A stretch of 49,415 nt of DNA, from positions 1-49,415 of the forward strand of contig CASTAV010000003.1 in assembly GCA_949447165.1 (NCBI GenBank), given 5' to 3'. The stretch comes from an uncultured Lachnospiraceae bacterium. Its GTDB lineage: Bacteria > Bacillota > Clostridia > Lachnospirales > Lachnospiraceae. Each line of letters begins with the position of its first letter. The first letter of the stretch is position 1. Positions 37,402-45,939 of this stretch are shown piece by piece. Position numbers and translations under genes: made by a program. Below the pieces are notes generated by a model, which worked only from the letters and a program-made list of their open reading frames with translations, made no database searches and was not told where the DNA came from.

Positions 37402-38733
37402 CTATATAACTGCGTCGGTTGTATTCGCCGGCGTAATGGCATAAGTCAGCAGCCGCGTATCATCTACATTCATATAAATCGTTCCCGCAGAAAATTTAAT
37501 GCTGGAACTTGGAACTGCTTTTAATAAAACAATGGGATTCCCTTTCGCTGACGCATATTTTTCGGCTTCTGATCCGGCATAACATTTTATCGTCACTTCA
37601 TTACTGCATATTTGATAATAATGATCCTGCATATTTATTACGCTGTTCGGAATCAAAATGCTGCTTAGGGCATTGCAACTATTGAACGCCGCATATTCAA
37701 TTTGTGTAACCGTATTTGGAACTGCAACGCTTATAAGAGAACTGCATCCAGAAAAAGCGGTTCTTCCAATCTTTAACAAACGATTTGATAAACCTATCTG
37801 CTTTAAAGACGTACATCCTGCAAATGAAGACTCTTCCAAATACCTTACGCTTGATGGAAGTGTAACTTTTACCAAACTAGAACAGCCGCTAAATGCTTCC
37901 GTGCCAATTGAAATTCCGGTATTGCCATTTGCAATCGAAACATTTTTTAATGAAGAACACTGCTCAAATGCGTTATAACCAATATTGGCATTTGCCCCAA
38001 TGGAAACCGTCGTTAGATTCTTATTACCTGCAAAAGCATATCCGGATATAGACGTATGAACAGATGCACTTACTAAATTTTGACAATTATTAAAAGCACT
38101 TCTGTCCATTTCAACAGATGCCGCAACATTGACGCTTGTTAATCCTGTATTTTCAAAGCTACCTATGCCTAAATATGTAAGCGTTGACGGAAAAACACAG
38201 CCGTTTAACTTTACACAATTTTGAAAAGCATAATATCCTATTGACGTAAGCGCAGTTCCAAGAGAAACGCTTCGCAAATTTCCACAATTAGAAAAAGCGT
38301 ACCTACTTATAGACACTACATTTTTCATTCCATAAATAGCTGTCAGATTTCCGCAGCTCTGAAAACTACCGTAACCGATACTTGTAACCGTATCCGGTAT
38401 ATTAACAGATATCACCCAATCATTATATTCAAAAGCCCAATTACCAATCGCCGTTACTTTTTTTCCGGCTATCATGCTTGGAATCACTACATTTTCTTCT
38501 ACTCCTGTATATTTTGTTATAACAATATTGGAATAATCTCCTTCTTTATATTGCCAAAAACCAAATACGCCGTTTCCTTTCGCCATTTCCACAGTTTCTT
38601 CCCTGACAGTCTCCTCTGCATTCACCATCTCTGTCCCAGAAAAAAACATAAGAACCGCAAGCAACGCAACAAATAATATCCTTTTTTTCATAATCACTTT
38701 CCCCTTTCTACCGATAACCCATTTCTTCCTCAT
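37402..38733 (-). CDS. BspA-type leucine-rich-repeat (LRR_5) cell-surface protein, N-terminal part (ends at an in-frame TAG)
   Basis: The signal peptide KKRILFVALLAVLMFFSGTEMVNA is followed by many ~22-aa repeats of the type I(P/G)..VTSIG..AF..C..L. The ORF stops with TAG at 37402-37404 in the middle of a Big_2 domain. Confidence 0.7.
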   Translation of the reverse strand: MRKKWVIGRKGKVIMKKRILFVALLAVLMFFSGTEMVNAEETVREETVEMAKGNGVFGFWQYKEGDYSNIVITKYTGVEENVVIPSMIAGKKVTAIGNWAFEYNDWVISVNIPDTVTSIGYGSFQSCGNLTAIYGMKNVVSISRYAFSNCGNLRSVSLGTALTSIGYYAFQNCVKLNGCVFPSTLTYLGIGSFENTGLTSVNVAASVEMDRSAFNNCQNLVSASVHTSISGYAFAGNKNLTTVSIGANANIGYNAFEQCSSLKNVSIANGNTGISIGTEAFSGCSSLVKVTLPSSVRYLEESSFAGCTSLKQIGLSNRLLKIGRTAFSGCSSLISVAVPNTVTQIEYAAFNSCNALSSILIPNSVINMQDHYYQICSNEVTIKCYAGSEAEKYASAKGNPIVLLKAVPSSSIKFSAGTIYMNVDDTRLLTYAITPANTTDAVI

Positions 38734-39754
38734 AATCGAGAATCAGATACAAATTCTGCTTCTCATATTCATTTAACAAGCTGTCTTTAAAATCTTCCGG
38801 CTTAATAGAACCATGATACCAATCTTTTTCATCAAAATAATTTTGCAGCGCTTCATCATCAAACAACCGCCCATACCTCGCATAGACTTCATTCCTAGCC
38901 AAACGAAGCTCCTCTTTTCCTAACCCCTCTATATCCGATCTGTCCAGATACCGTGCGCCACTGTCCGGAATTATATAATCTTTCTCTTTTTCCTGCCGTT
39001 TTGTTTCTTTCGTCACTTTCACAGGCTGGCTTCCTTCCACTGTCGTATCCCATTCACAGATATATCCGCCCCTGCTTACTGTTTCATCATCATTCCCAAG
39101 GTCGTCCCACTGCCCTTCATCAATCCGATAACCATACCCGCTCCTTTCTCCATTACAGATTGCCCCGTAGCACTGTCCATAACTTCCATCAGGCTCCCCT
39201 TCTCCCCAATTCGTATAAGAAACAGGCTCTCCCGTCACCCATGTTTCCCATGGCTCCCGAATGCCTATCCAAAGATCACAGTCAAATCCCACATATTGAT
39301 TGATATATCCATAGACTGCTTTCTGTTCTTTTTTGGAGGCAATGGTAAGCAAATGCCCTCCTCTTTCTTCACATTTTTCTTTCGCCTCCTCCCATGTAAT
39401 GCCGCCAGCCTGTTCAAAATAATAATAGCTGTGCCCCTTATATTCGAAACAATCCGTAGGTATATGGAGGCTTTCCGTTTCATTCTGTTTGTTTTCCTGT
39501 TTAGTTTCCCACTCATCTTCCTTTTGGCTCTGCTGTTCTGCCTCCGATTGCTGTTTTGCTTCTTCCATGCGCTTCTGCTCTGCTTTTTGCTCTTTTGATT
39601 CCGCTAATGCAGTTTCCACTTTCGGTTTCAATTTTTTTATCCCATAGCGGACCCCCGCCGCAATCACTGCCGCCGCCACTGCGGCAAATACCGCCATCGC
39701 AAGCAGCATTTTTTTCATATCCTGTTTTCTGTAATTTGATAACTTCAACCTCAT
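38708..39754 (-). CDS. type-II membrane protein with C-type lectin-like domain and C-terminal YARHG domain
   Basis: N-terminus MRLKLSNYRKQDMKKMLL followed by a TM helix and a Q/E-rich coiled-coil. The CTLD is C..KGHSYYYF......W..A...C...GGHL..I.S..E...V.......WIGI......W.W..GEP..YTNW..GEP....C.......W.D..C....YICEW. A YARHG-like segment is present (NEVYARYGRLFDDEALQNYFDEKDWY). Confidence 0.7.
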   Translation of the reverse strand: MRLKLSNYRKQDMKKMLLAMAVFAAVAAAVIAAGVRYGIKKLKPKVETALAESKEQKAEQKRMEEAKQQSEAEQQSQKEDEWETKQENKQNETESLHIPTDCFEYKGHSYYYFEQAGGITWEEAKEKCEERGGHLLTIASKKEQKAVYGYINQYVGFDCDLWIGIREPWETWVTGEPVSYTNWGEGEPDGSYGQCYGAICNGERSGYGYRIDEGQWDDLGNDDETVSRGGYICEWDTTVEGSQPVKVTKETKRQEKEKDYIIPDSGARYLDRSDIEGLGKEELRLARNEVYARYGRLFDDEALQNYFDEKDWYHGSIKPEDFKDSLLNEYEKQNLYLILDYEEEMGYR

Positions 39755-39784
39755 TCTCCTTACTTTATTCCAAGCGCCAGCCGC

Positions 39785-40429
39785 TTAAAGAGCGAATATA
39801 AAAAGCATTAGAACTGCTGTATTCAATATAATACCCACAAGCGCCAAAGCCCCTCCCTGCTCCTTTCTGGCTCTCACGCCCAGAATCAATCCAAGAACAG
39901 CCATCCATAAAACTCCCCGAAAAGACAACACGCCTAAAACTACCGCCGCCACTGCTTTTCCATTTACTCTATTCTCCTCTGCTTCTCTTTCCTGCCCAAA
40001 GCCCTGAACATTCTCCTCTGCACTCTCTAAATCAGAAGATGCCGTTTCCGCAGTTTTCGCCTGTAACGCTTCCCCATTTCTGTTTAACCCACAAATATCC
40101 AAATAAACCTTACACCGGACGTCATCCTGATCCGCTCCGGCTTTCCAATACATTTTTGCCAGCCCAAAATTTTGCGCGCAGCAAATACCCGTCATATAGC
40201 ACCAGCCAAGGAAACGGTTGGTTTTATAATCATTCTGTTCGTTCTCGCATACTTCCCGGAAATATACTGATAAACGCGCTTCTATCAAATCTTTATCCGT
40301 ATCCTCTGCCGCATATTTGGCAAGCGTCATAAAGGCATTTCCATCTCCTTTAACGGCAGCTTTGCACAGCCAGTCCAAACAATCTTCTTTATCGCCTTTC
40401 TGCATACAAATCAGGCCAAAAAAATACAT
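39785..40429 (-). CDS. Sel1-like repeat protein, C-terminal part with TM segments (frameshifted continuation of 40411-41184)
   Basis: Sel1-like units (WLCKAAVKGDGNAFMTLAKYAA; AKMYWKAGADQDD) followed by two hydrophobic helices. The ORF start lies inside a T7 tract. Confidence 0.5.
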   Translation of the reverse strand: MYFFGLICMQKGDKEDCLDWLCKAAVKGDGNAFMTLAKYAAEDTDKDLIEARLSVYFREVCENEQNDYKTNRFLGWCYMTGICCAQNFGLAKMYWKAGADQDDVRCKVYLDICGLNRNGEALQAKTAETASSDLESAEENVQGFGQEREAEENRVNGKAVAAVVLGVLSFRGVLWMAVLGLILGVRARKEQGGALALVGIILNTAVLMLFIFAL

Positions 40430-41184
40430 GGATTCTGAATAGCCGCATTCTGCAGGAAACCGGAGATATTCTTCCGCTTTTTTAAGTCCTTTGGAACTTC
40501 TTCCCCTTTTATATACATCTCGCCCAATTCCTGCGAACTTAAAGCATCCCCTTCCTTTACTCCCAGTAATAAAAGCTTTATTTTTTTATCCGTATCCGTC
40601 AGTTGAAATGCTTCTTCCCAATAATGCCGCGCCGCTTCATTTGACTTTTTCTCCTCTTTTTCTAAAAAACGCAAAAACGCTTCCTGAATCTTAGGATTCT
40701 CAATATGTTTTCCATAATCGCTCTTTGTCTGGCTATAATTCTTCACTTTAACAGGAATATCTCCATGAAGCGCGCTTTGTATCTGCGCAAACATTTCATT
40801 AACTGCGCCCGTATTAAAAATATAATTAGCGTCTGTGCCCAGATCTGTAAACGAATCTACACTGATGCAATCCTCATACTTCTCAAATTGCGCTTCATGG
40901 AAGGCGCCCGCTTTATAATAGATACCATCAAAGCCAAATACCATTCCTTCTTTGCCGTTACTTGAAGATACAATAATAAAAATATCTTCTTTTTTTAGAG
41001 ATGGATATTTATATTTTACATTTCCGATTTTATACAACGCGCCCTCTATAACTTTCACAGGAACTTCTTCCCCAAAACTCCACTTATAAACCTCCCCGTA
41101 GTTGTCCCTGAGTATTTTTTCGCAGTAGTTAAGAATTATCCTACAGATTTTCTCCATTTCCTGTCTGGAATAAATGAGATTCAT
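40411..41184 (-). CDS. Sel1-like repeat protein, N-terminal part (reading frame breaks at a T7 homopolymer)
   Basis: 257 aa. The C-terminal region begins Sel1-like repeats (LGEMYIKGEEVPKDLKK). The ORF ends ...CIFLA* within tgtatttttttggcc. A +1 T would fuse it in frame to the downstream ORF as ...PCIFFGLICMQKGDKED. Confidence 0.5.
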   Translation of the reverse strand: MNLIYSRQEMEKICRIILNYCEKILRDNYGEVYKWSFGEEVPVKVIEGALYKIGNVKYKYPSLKKEDIFIIVSSSNGKEGMVFGFDGIYYKAGAFHEAQFEKYEDCISVDSFTDLGTDANYIFNTGAVNEMFAQIQSALHGDIPVKVKNYSQTKSDYGKHIENPKIQEAFLRFLEKEEKKSNEAARHYWEEAFQLTDTDKKIKLLLLGVKEGDALSSQELGEMYIKGEEVPKDLKKRKNISGFLQNAAIQNPCIFLA

Positions 41185-41201
41185 GTGTTTCTCCCCCTAT
41201 T

Positions 41202-42317
41202 TTATGAAATGCTTTCCCCCTGAATACAAGACTGTATCGCCAGAAGCGTCCCATAATCATGTTGGTCTAATCTCTCTGCCCCCTTTGTCTCAAGCCTTCG
41301 TAATTGAATCACCGCCGACGCTTGTACACATAATTTGAAAAATTCACACAGCCACTTGCTTCTGTTCGAAACAGAGCCTGTATAAATATAATTCACCCCG
41401 TAACAAGTCGGGCAGACAAAATGATACTTACATTCCACGCAGCGTTTTTCTTCGTGAATATCCGCTGCAGGCAATTTATAATCCACAAATTTCCCCGCTT
41501 CCTCTCCCAGCCCGACCGGGCTAAAGGAATGGCAGGGATATAACTTTCCTTCCGTGTCATACGCTTTCATCAACTCTCCAGCCCCACATCGCTTAAACCC
41601 GGCGTCTGGTTTTTTCAGGATTCCAGTCAAATCAATATTTAATATCTGGCATAAAGGAAGGTTTGGATTTTCAGTATAATACGCCACTAATTTATCAAGC
41701 TGTCCTTTTAGCCCGTGTATTAAATCATCGCTCCATTCCAGACCATATGCAAACGTACACCCACATGGAAACCCTTTTTCATGGATAAAGATAACGCCTT
41801 CTGCCAGACTGGGAAGCGTCTCTTTTGACACAGTCATCTTCACATTCTGTCCTGGCCAGCATTCCCTAAAAAAATCCAAATCAATGCGGTCAAAAGAATC
41901 CGAACGGTTCTGATTGTGCATTTCTCTTGTCCCATCTAGGCTGATTCCACAGTAGATGTGTTCCTTCCGCTCTCTAAGCCACTGCTTCATTTCCGCGTCA
42001 AGCAATGTTCCATTTGTATTCACAAAAATAACTGCCTTTTTTCGCCACTTTGGCATATTCGACTCAATATAGCCATAAATCTCTTTAATTATCTGCTTTT
42101 CTAAAAATGGCTCGCCGCCAAACAATGTAAACCTGCATTCGTCCGCGCCGTCTTCCATTGACATTTCCGCATCGATAATCTTTTTTGCCGTCTCAAATTT
42201 CATTCTCTTATCCGATTTATAATGTTCAAAACAATAAGAACATGACAGATTGCAGCCTTCTGTCAAGATCAGCATGACTTCTTTTAACATACCTCTATCG
42301 CCCCCGTTTCTTTGCAA
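41202..42317 (-). CDS. radical SAM / SPASM-domain peptide-modifying enzyme
   Basis: CxxxCxxC cluster (CNLSCSYC) near the N-terminus and a C-terminal SPASM-type Cys cluster (CVECKYHFVCPTCYG). Confidence 0.8.
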   Translation of the reverse strand: MQRNGGDRGMLKEVMLILTEGCNLSCSYCFEHYKSDKRMKFETAKKIIDAEMSMEDGADECRFTLFGGEPFLEKQIIKEIYGYIESNMPKWRKKAVIFVNTNGTLLDAEMKQWLRERKEHIYCGISLDGTREMHNQNRSDSFDRIDLDFFRECWPGQNVKMTVSKETLPSLAEGVIFIHEKGFPCGCTFAYGLEWSDDLIHGLKGQLDKLVAYYTENPNLPLCQILNIDLTGILKKPDAGFKRCGAGELMKAYDTEGKLYPCHSFSPVGLGEEAGKFVDYKLPAADIHEEKRCVECKYHFVCPTCYGVNYIYTGSVSNRSKWLCEFFKLCVQASAVIQLRRLETKGAERLDQHDYGTLLAIQSCIQGESIS

Positions 42318-42371
42318 ATATGCAGGAAAAGACTTCTCTTTTCCTGCATTTTTCTGTAATGCCGTTTCCTC

Positions 42372-42545
42372 TTACCTCACATCACAGGCTGTCCACACAG
42401 AAATCCCATGTCCTTTGCAGCTTCCGGAACAGGAATCGCAAGCGCTGGAAATTACGATGTTTTCGATTGAAAGTTCACCGAATTTCTTTTCACAGACGTC
42501 AAGCATACTCTGTAAAGCAAATTTTTCTTCTTTTGTCATTGCCAT
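42372..42545 (-). CDS. candidate Cys-rich RiPP precursor peptide (ranthipeptide/sactipeptide-like) for the adjacent rSAM-SPASM enzyme
   Basis: 57 aa, MAMTKEEKFALQSMLDVCEKKFGELSIENIVISSACDSCSGSCKGHGISVWTACDVR. An AAAGGGGG SD lies 8 nt upstream of the ATG at 42543-42545. The peptide has five Cys, four of them clustered in the C-terminal 20 aa, and it sits 55 nt upstream of the rSAM gene. Confidence 0.45.
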   Translation of the reverse strand: MAMTKEEKFALQSMLDVCEKKFGELSIENIVISSACDSCSGSCKGHGISVWTACDVR

Positions 42546-43392
42546 AACATTCACCCCCTTTCCAAATGTTTCTCTTTTTATAATCCAGAGCCATTCCTCT
42601 CTCCAGTAATTCCATCAAGCCGCTTTTTTCCTCCAATTCTGTACGCAGGCGGCAGGAAAACACGTCACAATCCAACCGCTCCTCCGCCCCCGGAGGCGCA
42701 GCGTTTGCCAGACAAAAATACCATGTCGCATAAAAGGCATAGATATCCGTCCATACGCCATACATGCCTCCCTTTTCATATTGTTCCGGCGGGCTAAAGC
42801 CGGTTCGGTAAGTTGGTTCTTCAAGCTGCTGTTTTCGGCTGTTTAAATCCAATGCAGATCCAAAATCAATCAGTCCCACTTCTTTTGCTTCTGTAACAAT
42901 AATATTGTCAGGACAAATGTCCCTATGGATAATTCCATGTCTATGTATCTGCTCCAAACTTTTTTGAAGGGATTCCATCAGTACATAAGATTCTTTCGCT
43001 TCCATTCTTCCATTTTTCTGAACCATCTCGCGTAACGTCATGCCCTTACAGCGCCCCATAACGATATAAGCCGTATTATTTTCCAAAAAAAAGTCCTGGA
43101 TTTTAACAATCCCCTCAATATTTTTTAATTTTTCCAGAATAGATGCTTCATGGATAAACATGTCATATTTGCCGCTGTTATTTTTGAAAAAAACCTGAGA
43201 CGTTTCACCGCGGTATGCTTTTCCATATGGAAAATACTCCTTAATCACGACATCCTTATCCTGCGCAAAATCTACCGAAAGATAAGAAATCCCAAAACCG
43301 CCCTGCCCAATCATTTTTTTTATACAATATCTATTCTGAAGGATCTTGCCACTGTTTAAAAGTTTCCTCCCCCTATATAACCGATCTCCCAT
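42499..43392 (-). CDS. Hanks-type Ser/Thr protein kinase domain protein (atypical catalytic loop HRDICPDN)
   Basis: Glycine loop IGQGGFG, beta-3 Lys VVIKEY, HRD catalytic loop, DFG (IDFGSA) and an APE-like TGFSPPE. Confidence 0.75.
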   Translation of the reverse strand: MGDRLYRGRKLLNSGKILQNRYCIKKMIGQGGFGISYLSVDFAQDKDVVIKEYFPYGKAYRGETSQVFFKNNSGKYDMFIHEASILEKLKNIEGIVKIQDFFLENNTAYIVMGRCKGMTLREMVQKNGRMEAKESYVLMESLQKSLEQIHRHGIIHRDICPDNIIVTEAKEVGLIDFGSALDLNSRKQQLEEPTYRTGFSPPEQYEKGGMYGVWTDIYAFYATWYFCLANAAPPGAEERLDCDVFSCRLRTELEEKSGLMELLERGMALDYKKRNIWKGGECYGNDKRRKICFTEYA

Positions 43393-43454
43393 GCCAGTTT
43401 CGCCTTTTCAAAATTCTTTTATTCACCAATGACAGAAAACAACGCCGCTTTTCC

Positions 43455-43865
43455 TTACGCGCAAGCCTCTTGGCGTTCGCGCATCAAATCTTTTATCCCA
43501 TAGACAACTCCCGGAACCCAAACCACTCCAACCGCAAAACTAAATACAAACATTGCGATAAAAAGCCCTTTCCCAATTCCCTTTCCCGTTATCAAATGCA
43601 CGATAAGATAGAAAAAGCTAATATCCGCGCTGACTTTTGCAGCGCCGGCTAAAAATCCTTTGCATCTTTTCCAGCCAAATGCGTAACCAAACGCATATAA
43701 CATACAACATGGAACCATCAAAAAGCTCTGTACTGTAAGCCCGGTTTGTGATTCTCCGATCATCTCCCCATATTGCCTTACATAAGTCATCATATAAATT
43801 CCAATAACTGCTCCAATAACTGCCCCAACTATAATTGCAATAATTGCTTTTTTCTTTGCGCTCAT
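43455..43865 (-). CDS. small integral membrane protein (hypothetical)
   Basis: 136 aa with about four hydrophobic helices. No recognisable family. Confidence 0.4.
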   Translation of the reverse strand: MSAKKKAIIAIIVGAVIGAVIGIYMMTYVRQYGEMIGESQTGLTVQSFLMVPCCMLYAFGYAFGWKRCKGFLAGAAKVSADISFFYLIVHLITGKGIGKGLFIAMFVFSFAVGVVWVPGVVYGIKDLMRERQEACA

Positions 43866-43933
43866 ACTTTCACCTCATCTATTTTCTGTCATTCCTATCA
43901 TTTCTGTCATTGGCAAATAAAAAATTTTCTCTT

Positions 43934-44566
43934 TTATTCCATAGAAAAATCCTCTTTTGGATCTTCCGTCACCTCTTTATAATAAGAAGACAAATATTCA
44001 AACCTGTTTACAACCGATTGTGGACAGTAGCGGATAATATACGCCAAATCCCGTTCCATAAACGCTTTCCGGATTTTTGTCGAAGACAGGCCTTCAAAAA
44101 TACAGTTTCGTTCGAAATTCCGGTATCTAATAAAGGAATAGACCTCCGTATCCAAAAACCAACTGTCTAATATCTGCGGATTATCTGAATAGTACAGCGA
44201 AAATCTTTTCTGCCCGATTCTGGACACGACATTATAATAAAAATATCGTCCCCAGATTTTTGCGCCTTCTAAATCGGATTCCATAGACCAATCCGGCAAT
44301 GTATCTACCTTTATTCTTCTATTCTGTTTTTCATCAAAACACTCTCGCAGCATCCTTTCCCGCAATGAGATGTCAAACGGATTTCTAAGCATGTCCAGTT
44401 TGTTCTCACTGCCAAGCATAATAAATACTTTGTCATTTTCCTCTAACGCTTTCTCCACTAAGAACAGATGCGCATTATGGACAGGCTGCATTCTTGCCAA
44501 AAACACGCCATATGTATCTGACATTTGATCTCTCCCCTTTCTTTCAAGCCTGCTTATTTTTCCCAC
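43934..44566 (-). CDS. cytidylyl/adenylyltransferase-family nucleotidyltransferase (NMN adenylyltransferase NadM-like)
   Basis: GVFLARMQPVHNAHL fits the (H/T)xGH nucleotidyltransferase motif (G.f.GRFQP.H.GHL), followed by IMLGSENK. Confidence 0.55.
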   Translation of the reverse strand: MGKISRLERKGRDQMSDTYGVFLARMQPVHNAHLFLVEKALEENDKVFIMLGSENKLDMLRNPFDISLRERMLRECFDEKQNRRIKVDTLPDWSMESDLEGAKIWGRYFYYNVVSRIGQKRFSLYYSDNPQILDSWFLDTEVYSFIRYRNFERNCIFEGLSSTKIRKAFMERDLAYIIRYCPQSVVNRFEYLSSYYKEVTEDPKEDFSME

Positions 44567-45606
44567 TCACAAAAATAAACGCCGCTCCATATGCTGTCAT
44601 TCCACTTATATTTTGCATCTGCATAAAAGGCTGCATAATCTTCATCTCCCTGAAAATTATCCGGCTGATTCTTTCCCCAATTTGTATAATCAGATTCATA
44701 GCCTTCTGCCCAAACCCATTTTCCTTCTTCTTTTTGGTCCGTATATCCAAAATTCACACTCTCGTAGCCTCGTTCTATCATATATTTATATAGAGCTTTA
44801 TTTTCTTTTTTGTTATTTATCACAGCAAGATGCCCACCCAGACTTTCGCATCTTTCATTTGCTTCTTCCCATGTTGCTTCACCTTCTAAAATCATATAAC
44901 GACGCGATTTATATGTAAGAACCGGATCAATCGGATTTAAATAGCCTGTTTCTTCATTATCTGCTTCAATTCTTTCTCTGTTTTTCCTGCCCTGCTCTTT
45001 TGAATCCCATTCACATACATAAGATGAAGTGTCATTAGTAGAAATGGCCCTCCATTTCGACTGATCATAACGGTAATATGACCCATACATACAATCTTTG
45101 TCACTTCCAAGATCCGGCTCCCCTTCTGTCCAGTTCGCATACTCCGTCCCTTCTGTGATAATCCAATTCCAACTAATTTGCTCCATATCCATATACAATC
45201 CGAAAAAAACATATTCATACTCTTTAGAAGACACATACTTATAAACCGCTTTATCTTCAGAAGACGTCGTCATCGTTGCCAGATGCCCTCCAAGCTGCTC
45301 ACATTTCCATTCTGCATCTTCCCACGACTCGGCATCGTCATATACATAGTAATAGTGTCCATTATATTCTAATGCGGAATACGGTATATCCATTTCCTTT
45401 TCCCATGCTTCCTTTTCTATCCGTTCCAATCTCTCTTTTTCCCTTGTTTCTTTAAACTCCGAAAACACTTCTTCCACTTTCGGCCTAAAAAACCGGACTG
45501 CCTGACTAATTGCAATTATCGCCACAATGGCAACTGCAAAAGAAATTGCCGCCATTACAAGAAATATTTTCTTTGCATCTTTTCCTCTAAAATTTGAAAA
45601 CTTCAT
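44554..45606 (-). CDS. type-II membrane protein with two tandem C-type lectin-like domains
   Basis: The likely start is MKFSNFRGKDAKK (ATG 45604-45606) followed by a TM helix. The two CTLDs are ...GHYYYVYDDAESWEDAEWKCEQLGGHLATM...YANWTEGEPD...YVCEWD and ...RRYMILEGEATWEEANERCESLGGHLAVI...YTNWGKNQPDN...YFCEWEK. Confidence 0.7.
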   Translation of the reverse strand: MKFSNFRGKDAKKIFLVMAAISFAVAIVAIIAISQAVRFFRPKVEEVFSEFKETREKERLERIEKEAWEKEMDIPYSALEYNGHYYYVYDDAESWEDAEWKCEQLGGHLATMTTSSEDKAVYKYVSSKEYEYVFFGLYMDMEQISWNWIITEGTEYANWTEGEPDLGSDKDCMYGSYYRYDQSKWRAISTNDTSSYVCEWDSKEQGRKNRERIEADNEETGYLNPIDPVLTYKSRRYMILEGEATWEEANERCESLGGHLAVINNKKENKALYKYMIERGYESVNFGYTDQKEEGKWVWAEGYESDYTNWGKNQPDNFQGDEDYAAFYADAKYKWNDSIWSGVYFCEWEK

Positions 45607-45655
45607 TTTTCTTTTCCACCATTTTTTCCAAACAATATACAACGTTCCATATTTT

Positions 45656-45925
45656 TTACTTTTGTTTTTTCCTTTCTTTTTCACGTTTTCTTTTCCGAAA
45701 CATTATAATTATAAAGCAAGGGATACCAACGAAAACCAATAGGCAGCCCTTCACTTCATTTTCATTCTGAACAATCCAGTCCACTGTATCCAACACAACC
45801 GGCCCCAAAAACCGTACTCCTGCGATGATTGCCGCCAATGCCAGAATCAATCCAATTCCCGCTAAACTCCCGGCAATCAGCAGCATCCTTTTTTTATCTT
45901 TTCCCCTAAAATTTGAAATCGTCAT
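45656..45925 (-). CDS. small two-TM protein sharing the lectin-family N-terminal motif (possible truncated paralog)
   Basis: MTISNFRGKDKKRMLLIAGSLAGIGLILALAAIIAGVRF... then a second TM and a KR-rich tail. No lectin domain. Confidence 0.35.
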   Translation of the reverse strand: MTISNFRGKDKKRMLLIAGSLAGIGLILALAAIIAGVRFLGPVVLDTVDWIVQNENEVKGCLLVFVGIPCFIIIMFRKRKREKERKKQK

Positions 45926-45939
45926 TTTTTCTCCACCGT

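Noticed and set aside
42615-42824. 69-aa ORF inside the kinase gene
   Set aside because: It is an internal out-of-frame ORF of a well-supported kinase CDS.
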